Below are positions 11,602 to 24,450 of a stretch of 64,000 nt of DNA, piece by piece. This stretch comes from Botryllus schlosseri (Eukaryota), in assembly GCA_051294905.1 (NCBI GenBank), contig CM119378.1:868001-932000 (forward strand), given 5' to 3'. The notes under the pieces were generated by a model that was not told the origin of the DNA, did not search any database, and was given only the letters and a program-made list of their open reading frames with translations. The stretch's first letter is position 1. Every line of letters starts with the position of its first letter. Made by a program: the position numbers and the translations under genes.

Positions 11602-13139
11602 AAATTAACAATATGAAGTTATTGTTTCGCGTTATTCTGAAGTTCTGTACCACAAATCACTTGTTAAAATAATTTAACATTCTTCTCAGATCGGAAATCG
11701 AGGCCAGGTCTCCCTCGCGATTACCAGGGATTATACCATTATCCCTGCCCAGTGCCCATGCAGCCACGACGTGGCAACGACCGGCCGGCTCTATATCGGC
11801 ATTGTCATACACCGGTAATTGGTTTCATATCGTCATACCTGCTGCCTGTTACATCAGTTAGAGAGCTTTTAAGTCACATATGCTTGTCTGCATGCCATAT
11901 CTTAAATATTGACACAATTATGTAGCAAACCTCCAAAAATATTCTCTTTACACCTAAGAATTTGTGGTGGCATACTATAGTAAGGCACGTTACACAATTG
12001 AACATTAGTGATCTACCCTGTCAAATCACAACAGGAACAAACTTTATACCTATGCTAAACAGTTGCGAGATGCTTCAATGCATATTTACACAAGCTAACT
12101 CAGCAAACGATTCGTTTTCACAGTGGGCCGATTTCGACTAATAAATAACCGACGTGGTTCATCACTATTATATAGCAGCAGTTGACAAGACACTGCGATA
12201 GGTATAATACTTTGCAACATGACAGAAATTGCATTATAGGCGTTACAAACAGGGGGTGTCAAACATACGGAACGCCGGACGATTTCATCCAAACCGCGAA
12301 GCAATTCTGAGTGGACTGGTAATGCTTGACTTGCACATTTCTAACAAATTTTGAGATCCCATACTTCCCACACGGCAGCAAATGACAAGATAATAGGCCA
12401 CATCATAACCATTCGACAGCAGTGCTGTGGATTCACTCTAGTTACCATCAGGAACAAGGGGGTAACAATGACATCTAATTCCGAAAACGCAAAGAAGTGT
12501 ACAAAGAGTTCAGATTTTAATGGAAAATGAGCCAAAATGTAATTTAACACAGAATTTAAAAGCCAAAACGAAACCGTTATGCGCAAGTCACGAGGAGAAT
12601 ATAGTGGTTACACAAGTGTATAGTCCAAATATATGTGGTCGCACTGCTGTACTCTCACAGCGCATACGCAGAGTAAACACCAGATTACGGCTATATCAAA
12701 GGACGCAGAGATATATGTCAACTTTTTTCGTCGTTAGAGTCACTGTTTTTGCGGTTAATACTTGTAATCAATCGACCAATCATCAGAGTTTTGCCAATTC
12801 CGTTGTCCGAATTAGAAACGGATATCATAAGCTGGTCGTCGTCAATTCCCTAATTTCCAAAATTAAGAATGAAAGTCGGTTGTGCCGATTTTTATAACAG
12901 GATGGAAATTTGAATCTGTGAGCAGAGGTGGCCAGTAGCGAAGTACTTCTACAACTACAAGGCACGCTCTTCGGAGTGTTGATTTTCGATTGCCAATTAG
13001 TGAATGCTTCCGCAGTCCCTTTTCAATACATGTATGTTGATGTATTTTCTCCTTCATTTGCTACTATCGCTCGCAATAAACGGAGCTTTCGCTTCAATGG
13101 TGACGCCGATATGCAGGATCGTATTTCTGCACTACGAGC

Positions 13140-13215
13140 ATGGACCAGCAAGCCAGCAAGCAGAACGCGGTAGCTGCTAAGCTCCCAACGTTTTGGGCAG
13201 AGGAACCACAAGCTC
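13140..13215 (+). pseudogene. Gypsy gag N-terminal relic
   Basis: NAVAAKLPTFWAEEPQA resembles the V.VKLP.FW..DP gag start; truncated. Confidence 0.45.
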
Positions 13216-13273
13216 GCCTTGAAAGGAGTTGTGGAACGCAAAATCTCCTTTACGAACGCAGAAATTACGTTGC

Positions 13274-14985
13274 TCAAAATATCTGGACTCTGTTGTTGTC
13301 TCGCTCACAGACCGCGATTCCTCGGTCTGTCAAAAGGCAAACTCCATTCGGCGACTTCATCTGTCCCAACTCAGAACCCTCGCGCCCGAAGCAAGAAACG
13401 TGAAAATCTGAACCCGGTCGTGACGATAATGTTGCCGTGGTCATCTGTGGCGATCCCTTGTGGAGTCTTGAACTGCGATTCGTTCGTTCCTTTCGTTCCA
13501 AACTGGAAAAGATGGCGGCCGTCGTGTGAGTCAAAAACTTCAACTCGTTGATTGCCGGAGTCACTGACAACGACCTGAAAAAGGTCAAAGATAACGACAG
13601 ATCATATGCGACTCGCCTACTCTGCCGTTTGAAGTCACGGAAAGATAATGCGTGAGATAATGAGCTGCTCCCCAGTCCCGGCAGGCAGGTCGGCTGGATC
13701 AACAGAGAACGGATCGGTCATGTAGGCACAGCATTTCACAGGGACGTACCTTTGCCACGACGGCGACGACGGCTTCAAAGACTCAAAATCCACCCCACCT
13801 GAAGTTGAGAACCACTGAGCTATACCAAAGAACGTACTATCAACTTGCTACTCAATTTCAAGCATCGCAGCAGTAGTTGGAAAGACATGTCATTACGAAT
13901 TTAAGTAGAATTCGAAAATGAAGGTCTGAAAGTATTCAAGTAGTTTGAAAAAGTCGATTTGAAGAGCAAAAACAGCAACAACGCACATCTAAACATGCAT
14001 CAACCTGCCAAAATCTGAAATGAAACGAACGGAATGAGGTCACTGCAAACGCAATTCAGTGGCAGCTATTTTTTTCGTTTAGGTGTGGGCCTTTTGTTCG
14101 TAGTTTACTCACAGGCGTTGACGACCTTCGACGGAGCGGTTTTCTTTTCCATCATGTTCTATCTGATGATTATCACGCTCGGATTGGACAGCACGGTGAG
14201 TCTGCTGATCACTATCTTACACGAAAACGTAAACTAACCGACTCGGAATCGTATCGCGATTATAAATCCCATACCTATACCTACGTTCCTGCGCATGCAT
14301 AATTTGGATTAGAATGTCGTATTTGATATGAATAAGCCTGAGATAGGCACCGGATTGACGTAGCACGGGTGCATATCTCACGCATTATCTCCGAACCAAA
14401 CTTCCGAACGAACTTTCCTTCCTCCGAGAAAACTTGGAACTCGGTGATTTTTCCTTCGTCGTTTCCTGAATTAAAATCGTCGTTAACTTCATCGACAGCT
14501 GTGACGTCACGCACATGTCACCTGATCTTTTGCTACCGAACTTCCGAACTAACTTTCCTTGTCCGTCGAATGTTTGGATTCGATGATTGTCGAAGTCCGA
14601 AGCTACAATCCATGTGACGTCACACACACGTCAACCACATGATCGAATTGATCTTTTGATGTTCCCGAAGACTCCTGTCCGTTGACGTCTGGAAGCACGA
14701 ATGTTCGAAACAAAACAAACCCGCGAACCTGAATCCGATGGTTGTAAGTCGATCACGATATCGTCAGCGGCCGTTGAGCAAATGCCAAATGGACAATTCA
14801 TCTGCCCTGCGTCATCACCTTTCTTCCCGAAATATCTGCGAATGCGATTTAGATATGTTTCAACTTTTCACCGCAGATACACGTTTCATGACGACATGAA
14901 ATCATTCACTTTTCTGGTTGTCCATATCGCCGCAAGGCTTCTATGACGTGGCTGTTTGAATCCGTTCCGTGGTCGATGCCACCTG
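13274..14985 (-). pseudogene. NHL-repeat (TRIM-NHL C-terminal) exons, frameshifted
   Basis: FGKKGDDAGQMNCPFGI, IVASDFDNHRIQTFDGQGKLVRKFGS, FQVFSEEGKFVRKFGS, FQFGTKGTNESQFKTPQGIATD and FGREGSELGQMKSPNGVC...CERDNNRVQIF* occur in shifting frames. Confidence 0.8.
14083..14195 (+). CDS. Isolated exon of an SLC6 monoamine transporter (serotonin-transporter-like)
   Basis: Polypyrimidine-TTTAG | 113 nt | GTGAGT encoding (G)VGLLFVVYSQALTTFDGAVFFSIMFYLMIITLGLDST, matching the SLC6 EL4/TM8 segment that ends LGLDST. Confidence 0.85.
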
Positions 14986-16699
14986 GAGTAATAACACTAA
15001 ATCGAAACCAGAGGCTCTTAAAGTATGGGTCGCGACGGCACTAGAGAGATCTTTTAATATGTATGTAACATTTGTTGCATTTCATGCAACAGGAAAAATT
15101 CGTCGCGCTTCGCGCGATATCCTCTGGATAATTAGTATATTTCTGGGATCGCTGTGTTGAATACTACACCCAATAAGCGAGACACGCAGCAAATAGGCCT
15201 ACGGCTTGATCATGGGAATGTGCGGACCTTTGTATTACAAAAATTGGTTTGTAGTAATGATAAGATTTGTCCGAAATTTGTTTTTCTGGAAACACGGTTG
15301 GAGACCGATATGATGCTTTAGTGTAGGGGCGTGACCCCAGCGGGTGTGGGATTATGATACACAGATATTCCGAGCCAAACCCCTTCCGCGCCGGGACATG
15401 GAGGCATGAGGTTTTGGCCAGCATGCGGCGCGCAAAGTGCGGTCAACGTCAAAAAGGGCTGTGGCGATAATACCCTGGCCAAAATTGACCGTCGCTGGGT
15501 GGCCAAATCCTTCGATATTGATATGTCCAATGTCCATTCATCGAAATGGTCGGCACCGAGTTGTCCAATCTTTCAATCTCAGTAGACAGTATAGTACAAA
15601 CGCATTAAAAATGCGACCCACCAGAGGAAATAATGTACGCCAATTTGAAGTATCGTGCGTCAGACATATTTCATAGAGGTGCGTTGCGTACAACTATGCT
15701 CTCTAATGTCTTCACGTTCTCTATATGTCCCACATGCTCGAACATCATAGCATATACTATAAAATATAAATTCTTTTAGATGCGTGAGGCTTGGGTCGCG
15801 ACATGCCATTAAAACTCAGATTTGGGTCGCGGTCTGAAAAGTTGAAGTACCGCTGATCTAAACGGAATCGTTTAGAACAGGGGTCTCAAACTCAAATATG
15901 CTCACGGGCCAATTTATCAGTTTTAGATGACACCGCGGGCCGCAGCATCAACAACAGGGTAATTCAATCTATTTCTAAGTACATCGAAATGTGATTTGCT
16001 ATTGTAATATTCACGCCTGGCACGAAAAAAATACATTTTTTTAATATTTGAATAAAATTTATGTTGTACTTGGCATAATTTGTCAAAATTATTATGTTAT
16101 ATAAACCATGCGAGAGGACAAATGAATAATGCAATCGTAAAATCAGTCGCGCTATAATTCTGCAGCTGGTGGACATTTGACGTGACACATTTATGGGTAG
16201 AATATTTTACAATCTAACAAAGATTAATCTGATATCAGAGCATTGGAGCAGTTTAGCCTAATTCCGGCTTCGGGCATGCTCCTGATAAGTAGGCTATTGA
16301 TCATGCCACTGGCAAAGTCAAATTAAATCAGCGCTAGATTTACCTTCGAATATTGGAACAGATCGATAACAGCTTAAATATAATAGTTTATGTGCCCTAG
16401 TATCAGAAATGTTCAATCGCCGAACAATCCAATGGTGTTATACAATTGTTAAGCGTACAACTACTGTACCCGCGATCTTTTACTGACGATAATAACACGG
16501 GTAAAGAGTCCCAAGATGGAGGGGGTAGCAGAATGCCAATGGTTGCCATATCGATATTGACAAACTGAAAATAACGAAAAGTAAGTAAAAGTAGACCAGA
16601 AAATATTACGAAGTAGAAGTAGCGGAAAGCTACTTGAGTACTTCAAAAAAGTAGAAGTATACTTCGTTACTGACCACCTCTGTTCTTATTACGTCAGGA

Positions 16700-18036
16700 A
16701 TGATCAATTCGGAAGCTACCAGTATAGCACGGGCAGTGGGATTTATTAAGCCTCCAGGGGAAAAGTTTTACACGATTATCGGGATGTTTGAACTCGCACT
16801 GTTACGTGCCGACTCGTATTTGGCATATCGACGAAACCGGAATTACCAATGTCAAAAAACTTGGCAACATCATTGCGACCAAAGGTGCAGGGGAAATTGG
16901 TATATGACGAGCGGAGAAAAAGGGTAAACTGTCACGATAATTTGCGCAACGAATGCGGCGGGATCATACATACCACCTATGATTTGCCCAGAAAACGAAT
17001 GGAGGAGAGGCTAATAAGAAATGCTTCCACTGGAGCAATTGGCCACTGCACTGCAAACGGCTTGACCGAAAAAGGAAGTTTATTAGTTTGGCTAAAACGT
17101 TTCGTTGCAATTGCAAAACCTACAATTGATGAAAAATATTTAATCATCATGGATGTTAACCATATATAGCCATAACACCCTTGCTACAATCGACTATGCC
17201 CGTTTGAACGGAATCGAACTTTTGACATTACCACCTCACAGCACCCGCACAATGCAACCACTAGATAAAACGTGTTTTTTTTAACTCTAAAATCAATTTG
17301 TAATTCCTTAGTAGACAATTGGACGGTCACAAACCCAGGAAACAGGGTCCAATTTTTCGACATGGCAGAGATTTTTGCTGTTGCTTACAAGAGATGTGCG
17401 ACGGTATAGAAATCCGTCAATGGTTTCAGAGCCTGTGGACTTTGACATTCAATAAATACATTTTCTTGGACGAAGTCTTCACTGCGTGCGACCTGATCGA
17501 TGAGCCATACCCACATGCCAGATATGCTGTCAGCTGCGAAGGTAATTCCACCGCTACCGACCGAAGTGGAAGGAACTGATACCAACACGGATTGTGAGGT
17601 GGTTAAATCAACTCTCATATCTTCAAGTTCAAACAGTTCAGAGGCACGAGCAGCAATAGATGAGCTATGTTCGCTGGTGAAATCAGCCACAAAACGAAAA
17701 AGATCTATATAAGCAGAAAACTCCAAAGTGCTCACGTCATCACCTTATAAAAACGCTCTGCAAAAAAGATTAAGTTACCAAAGCCGGTTACCCAGAGATC
17801 GAAAATTTAGAAAGTGCCTAAGAATAAATATATCCACCCAAAAAACACAACAGATAACAAGGAATTGCCTTGCTTAATTTGTATTGAGCCGTTTCGTGAT
17901 AGCAGGCCCGGGGAAAATGGATTCAGTGTCTGAATTGCCATTTGTGGGCAGTTGGGCACATCAAGAATGTACGCTTGGAGATCGCCATTTTATTTGCCAA
18001 AATTGCGATTCTGCAGAAGACGACCTTTCTGACTGA
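16700..18036 (+). pseudogene. Decayed pogo/Tigger-type DDE transposase with C-terminal PHD-like finger
   Basis: EATSIARAVGF, DETG, TSGEKG, AAGSYIPP, PRKRM, LIIMD, LPPHST..MQPLD, then C..C...WIQC..C...H.EC...C..C, across frameshifts and stops. Confidence 0.85.
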
Positions 18037-18465
18037 TCACAGCACAATATTTGCCTTTGTACGTCTGATTTTCGTTCATCATTAGACTGTGCTGCGTTTG
18101 AAAATAATTTTTCAAAGGTCAAAGATGTTTTAACTGTTTTTGAATCAATTGTTTGCGCTGAACTCAAAAATGCAACAAGGTTTTCTCAATCAGGTCAAGT
18201 TTGTTCTCCACGGCATATTCAAATATGCTAACGTTTGGTCATTATTCTACACCAAGAAACTAATTTCTGTGATAGCTTGATTGGGTATGCATGTTGTAAA
18301 TTTTTTCAAGATGGTATTTTCATTTGAATTCAAGGTTTCTGCCATGACAGCCGTTTTATATACTACTAAAATATAATAACACAGTTGAAATAGAGGCACT
18401 TAAAACTAACCAAGAAAGCATAATTTTGTTCAATGGCGCTCAACCTACCAGAAGAAGGTATACGT

Positions 18466-18810
18466 TAGGGTACCATACGTCCTCTTTTAAGAGGATTTGT
18501 CCTCTTTTTTGAATTTCTGGAAAGTGACCTCGGAGGACGCTCTTTTGTCCTCTTTTTTGAGATTTCGTCCTCTTTTATGAAAATTTAGGTCATATTTAGA
18601 GCAAAATGCGGGTGATATGCCTTAAATTAGCACAGCAGTGACGCTCAAACGGTATTTTGAGCTCTGAGCGAAAAGTTGTCCTTTTTTTTAGTAAACTGAT
18701 CACAAAGTGGGAAAAATTCACCGATTTTTGAGAATTCTTCTCCGGTTTTGCAAGTCTCAAATTTCTGAAAAAGTGTCCTCTTTTTAGATTTCCAAAATAT
18801 GGTAAGCCTA
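18466..18810. mobile_element. hAT-type MITE with GTCCTCTTTT repeats
   Basis: TIR TAGGGTACCATA / TATGGTAAGCCTA; perfect 8-bp TSD GTATACGT. Confidence 0.85.
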
Positions 18811-18828
18811 GTATACGTTGATATGTTA

Positions 18829-20082
18829 CACTATAGTCACGTAAACACTTTTAACATCAGAAATGTGTTTTAAATGCGAAATCTTTGCCAACATCAATGT
18901 GGGAAGTGTGAAATGAAAACGAAGTATTCAAAATAATTTAACAAAGAAAATGTTGTGCGGAACATGAGGACAAATTAAACTAATACTGATACTGATATTC
19001 CGACGATAAATACAATGACAATACATGATGTAGGCCTAAATGATTTATGCTGACAATAGATGTCACTTCAAAGATTTTCTTCTATGTGTGGAGTTATGTG
19101 GATCCTCTTTAAGCACAAACGGTGATCTGCAAACATGTTTAAATCCCTGTATCCTTGATACCTTTCTTACATCTGGCGAAAGTCTTGGTGTAATCTCTCT
19201 TCTTGTTATTCGCTGCAATCACCACAGTTGACTGGAAAAGTAATCCTAATGAGAAGTCAGAAATTGCATTTTCACAGACATCGGGGCTCCAAGGGATTGA
19301 AATCTTTCAAGAATCTCTTTGACCTGTCCTTCATAATCAGGGCTTCTATGCTTTCCGGGGAAGTTTAAAATGATTACTCAAAAAGCTGCCCATGGATGGT
19401 CATTTTTCTACTGCACCCATGTGTGCAGTGAAACCTTCATCTTTGATCAGTTCACAGATCAGTGGCCTATGCCCAAAGGTGATAATAATCCTGAAACTTC
19501 TTTACAGTATACTATAGGGCAGTGGTTCTCAAACTTTTTTAGACACGACCCCCTTTTTGATAATGGAAAATTTCGAGCCCGCCTGCTCGTGATATTACGA
19601 AATATTAAAGAGAGAAATCAGATTGCTAGCAATCGCAACGGATAGTTTGATGGCATTGAAGGTTATGGCTATTGAGGAGAGAATTCTCAAATACGAAATT
19701 AGGACAATAGACAATGGATATACCATGAGCTGGAGGTAAATCGCGCGAGGCGCGAAAAATTTCAGTTAACAGCGGCTTCGCGCCCCCCTTCAGATGCTTT
19801 CGCGTTCCCCACTTTAAGAACCACTGCTATTGGGAATGGTCGTCGTCATAATTGAAATATCTTCTAAACTTTTCATCAAAGCATGGTTGCTAAATCCTTT
19901 TTATGACGTCACAATTCTCAATCGCATAACGCTGAAAACTGCAGTTTTCGAAAATTCAAATGCAATTTGCCAAAAATCTAGACCTGATTGAAGAAAAAGG
20001 ATAACAGTTTTGGATTCAGCATCAAAAAGTACACTAAGAACTGTCAATAATTTAGTAACCCTAAAATTAACGCAACACAGTG
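18829..20082 (-). mobile_element. Internally deleted Chapaev3-like (CMC) transposon relic
   Basis: Minus strand ~19370-19100 reads HRSPDYEGQVKEILERFQSLGAPMSVKMQFLTSH*DYFP.NCGDCSE*QEERLHQDFRQM*ERYQG. Termini are CAC...GTG, with TTA on both sides once the hAT insertion at 20085 is removed; the left end is tentative. Confidence 0.65.
19520..19826. mobile_element. hAT-Charlie-type MITE
   Basis: TIR CAGTGGTTCT(C/T)AAA; TSD CTATAGGG / CTATTGGG; a related inverted copy lies around 34197-36970. Confidence 0.8.
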
Positions 20083-21301
20083 TTCAGACATGGGGTGATT
20101 ACTTCATGAATGTAATCGATTGCGATTACGATTACTTCTGAATGACGCGATTACGATTACGATTACAGCAAAATCAGGAAGTAGGCGATTACGATTACGA
20201 TTACATTGGAAAAGTAATCACGATTACTCACGATTACATTTATTTTGCATCTTAGAAGCTATGTTGGAAGACAATATATGGATTGCGCTGAAAAGGCCTA
20301 ATGAGATAACAAACTCCCTTTAAAAAAGATGCGTCATTTGTTTGCTACGTCATAATGTACCCATTGCCCATTTTCATAAAGGTCAATTTATCGCGCCCAA
20401 CGATTTGCATTCTTGCCAAAGCCATGACTGCCGCACCCCAAATTTCCCAATAGGATGGAGAGCGAGCTCGAAGGCGGCTCAAAAAGTATTTCGTACACTA
20501 ACATAAGTTATAGAGTATTTTCGAGAGATCTAATTAACTTGAAAATCCTCTCTAGATCAATGATTCCCAACCGCGGGTCCGAGAGCTCCATGCGGCTCTC
20601 AGCTAGTCTACTTGCAGCTCTCATTGACGTTCGAAAATCCAACAAAAATAATTTAAAAAAATACAATTCATAACGAACAAAAAATTGATATTCGAAAATT
20701 TCACTTGCTTGGCTTGGAATCTGTAGTTTATAATTATGGGCGAAGACCAATTCCTCTGGTGTCGAGTAGCGATTCTCTACTCAGCAACGATTTCGTTACT
20801 CAACTCACGTCAAAAAGTATGCTCACACTCAAATGCGTTTGGACTGGCACTCAAATTTAAGTCAGTCCATAACCAGACTTAATTAAGTGCAGGTGGTGTT
20901 ACAACACGTTTCACAACGCTATCTGACCAGCAAACCAAGGGATTATTTGACTTGTTTGTTAAGTTCAACGGTCGCATTGACGGAATGAATGCTTTTTTAC
21001 CCATGATGAAAATGTTTTCAAGTCCTATTGTAGCTAATGTGGCCGCTGACGCTGACCCTATAGTACTTTACAACTTGAGTTGCTAGACATGCAGTCAGAT
21101 ATGAAGTCATGACAGTTTCTTTGTGCGTCTCACGAAAATTTTTCTTTTAGTCTGCTACGTTTGAGCCACTACAATATCTTTTGATTATATAACAAACCGG
21201 AGGTCACGAATTAAGAACATACACTAAAGTAATTATAACAAGAAACCAGAGGTCATAATTATGAATTACGTTCCCCCAGCTCCACAGGTCGGTAATTGTG
21301 T

Positions 21302-21545
21302 GGCGAGATAGCGCAGTGGTATAATCCACGGTTGCGGGTTCGAGTCTGACCGAGGTCGACTTCAGAATTCCTACCTAAGTGTTGTAGGTTTATCTAGGCT
21401 CCTCCTTGCCGCCTCGTCTGCGTAAGCGGTGTCTTACAAAAAGCTTAGAAATGGCCCGTGCTACAAGTCGGCAGATACGGAATCAAAAATGCAGAAAATC
21501 GGCCTGGTGTAAATGACCGATGTAGTCGACAAACACCATGATTAC
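21302..21545 (+). mobile_element. tRNA-derived SINE
   Basis: A box TAGCGCAGTGG and B box GGTTCGAGTC, followed by a non-tRNA body; no complete cloverleaf. Confidence 0.55.
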
Positions 21546-21741
21546 CTCAAACAAATAAACTCTACATGTATATCTGACCATCGGGGGGATGAGAGAGGAA
21601 TAAAAATTATTAGTAATTTATTGCAATTATTAAAATTATTGACGAAACTCAGTCTTCAACTTGAGATTACCACACTATGGGGGCTAAAGACCAACGTTTG
21701 GGCTGGGCCGCTGGGGGACGAATTGGTCCTGGCTCCAGCTA

Positions 21742-23139
21742 GGGGAGACCGGGGACAAATGTAACTAGGGGCAAATGTAACAATCGACCTCACCGCTAGT
21801 AGGGTGGATAAATCGCCTTGATATTTTGTGTGCGCATGTGGTAGTTATCTCTCCTAACATATCTGAAGTTACGTTGAGATACGATGCGACACTCCGAAAT
21901 AACTTGAAAAAAAGAAATTTTGGACACTTGAGTAAATATTTTCTGATCTGGAATAATTTGTTCAGACGAATAATACCTCAAGTGGTTACAACGTAATATA
22001 TGCAGCTGGCACAATGTTACCGCAGTCTACCTTGATGATAGAAAAACTAGGACTTGCATCGCCGGAAAGGTACCATACTGAGACACTAATCATGGTCGAG
22101 CGTGTCAGGGGCAAACGTAACACTCTGTTACTTTTGCCCCGTTACAACATCTTTTCAATGCTGAATATCTTTGTTCATATGTTGGTATAACCATTTATCT
22201 ACTGCAGATGAATCTTGAAACAGCCAGAAGTTCAATACCAGAACAGATAATACCTTGCCATACCAATTCTAACATGATCATCTGTCGGAATGGTCATACA
22301 GCAGTGGTTATGTGAATCTTACGGTTCGGTTATTTCCGTGATTCTACCATCCTTTCTCATGTCGATCGACTTTTGGTGTCGCGACCTTCAGTGGTGACTT
22401 ATAAGAACTTGCCCATGACTGAATCCTCATCCTCTGACTTTGAGCATGGCCCAATAACATTTTGTCATTTGTTGTGAACAATTTATTTTAATTTCGTACA
22501 GAACAGGAGAATGCCATTAGCTCTGACTTCACAAAATGTTGTGTCCTCGTTTTGCTACACTAACATCGGCGCATTCAACCAAAATATTTTAGCCAGGTCG
22601 GTTTCGCACCTTCGCAGGTGACCCACTGCCCAACCCATTGTGCACGCTGAACAACAGCACCTTGGTAGAAGATGCCTAATATGTGTAGGGAGATGATGGA
22701 ATGAATGTGGTTCTTGTACAATTTGAGCTCATGAAGAAGGCACGAAGGGTGATATTGTATTTAAATGCCAAAATGCTATGGGGCGTAGCCGGGAAGCCTT
22801 CAAACTTCTATTTCTTTAGCTTGATGCAATAATACAAGTTATGGTCCCGTTTTCGTTGTTCATTTTGTTCGTTTTCACTTATAAATAACTCTGTTATAAT
22901 TGCCCCGCATGCGTGGTACAATTGCCCCTGGGTACGGGGCGATTGTAACATTTGAGCGGCGATTTTCGCGACCCAAAATCTCCATGATTGAGTGCTGTTG
23001 ATTGAGTTTCATTTTAGTTTCTATATAAACTATCGAGTTATTTGCTTCCTTATATAAAACTTTGGAAATGAAATTTCCACGAGAACAACACGTAATGTTG
23101 GAAAATCCAAAAAGTGTTACAATTGTCCCCGGTCTCCCC
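21742..23139. mobile_element. Tc1/mariner-pogo-type non-autonomous element
   Basis: TIR GGGGAGACCGGGGACAAATGTAAC / GTTACAATTGTCCCCGGTCTCCCC flanked by TA; GGGGCAAATGTAAC subterminal repeats. Confidence 0.85.
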
Positions 23140-24164
23140 TACAACCCACGCTAACATGATATATAAGCCCATGGCGGCAGGTCCCAATGTTGAATAAAAA
23201 ATTATGAAATAACGATAGGCGCCCGTCTCAAGTAGAGTCGTATGATAAGACGAAGTGAACATAAAATTCTGCCTTCAACTTAATACAGGTATTGTACTGC
23301 AAGCTGCCGTTACGAGAAACGGCAAAAACGGCTCGGTTATGATATATATAGCACCAGATGTTGATTTTTACTGGTTCGTTGTGGAAACGGCAATGTTTTA
23401 ATTGACGAGTTCAAATCTTTGTCCAGTGTACGTACGTACTCGTACTGGATAGGCCTACTGCTCGCCAAGCAGCAACGGTCAAACTGCGTTTAAGCATAAC
23501 CAAGTATCAACTTCAACACACAAGTCCCTATTTTAAACTAGGCAGAGCGGAGATAAATTATACTGCTGTGAGGTAGTGGCGTGTGGAACTTGTTTATAAC
23601 CTAACATACAGCACGGCGGGTGTTCTTACAATCACACTAATGTACGACGTACGTACATCGAATATCTATTTACTGTGGATACTTCTAACACAATGACGCG
23701 CAAAGTTAATAGGCTGCTTCTGACGTAATAATGAGCAGTGGCATTAGAAAATCAGACGTTTGTGCTATCACCAACCTGGTATAATATATTTTCCTTGTTC
23801 ACGAATGTTCAGTTTATGTCATAGTCCTTGTACACATAAAAAGAAATCGTTCATTCACAAAAAAATCGATTAGATATGGGAAGTAGTCGATTACGATTAC
23901 TTCGGAATTTTTTCGAATGTAATCGATTGCGATTACGATTACTTGAAAATGCTGTAATCGTCGTAATCGATTACGATTACTAATCACGATTACCCCATGT
24001 CTGACAGTGTTATCAGTTGGTTTTTGTTCATTACAAGTTTGGTTTGCAACATTTTTACAAAATACGGTTAATAGTGGGCGTGTAAGCATATATAGGAATG
24101 AAAAAGAAATCGATAACAGAGTATCAGTGGGCAAATTGTAAGACCTGGTGGGGCAAAACGCCTT

Positions 24165-24450
24165 CGTGCATGTCCACATTCAAGTCGAAATACAAGCAAT
24201 TACTATACTAAATGAATACTAGTCAATCCTCAAGATTACCGGACCACGAGTCCACGACCGACCTATCGATCTCTCCTTCCATGACATGCCACCCATTTTA
24301 GTCGCTTGCTTTTTTTCTATACTATCTTCTTTACTTTTCATTCAGTGTACATGCCTCCTCTTTACATCGCCTAGGCCTAGGTGGGTGTCTGATTCCATAG
24401 ACTACTCCCAGTCGCTTCGACACCTTCCTATCTTTTCATTGTATCGCATT
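24165..24450 (+). mobile_element. LINE 3' end fragment
   Basis: Matches 41089-41360 (MSTFKSKYKQLL.. plus 3'UTR). Confidence 0.75.

Larger units (their letters stand above)
6905..11665 (+). mobile_element. Penelope-like element, partial tandem (5'-truncated copy + full copy, period 2778 bp)
   Basis: 6905-8887 repeats 9683-11665 apparently identically. The pseudo-LTR/3'UTR lies between and after the ORFs, and the 3' end runs ~50 nt into the ORF start (the typical PLE tail). Confidence 0.95.
20085..24003. mobile_element. Non-autonomous hAT-type element with (GATTAC)n subterminal repeats, carrying nested insertions
   Basis: TIR CAGACATGGGGT...ACCCCATGTCTG; perfect 8-bp TSD ACAGTGTT (20077-20084 / 24004-24011). 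Confidence 0.9.

Noticed and set aside
15130..15540. Possible transposon accessory-gene relic (…DQAVGLFAACLAYWV)
   Set aside because: Resemblance too weak and too broken to name without a profile search.
21302..21375. tRNA gene
   Set aside because: A and B boxes are present, but there is no acceptor-stem closure or proper anticodon arm; treated as a SINE head.
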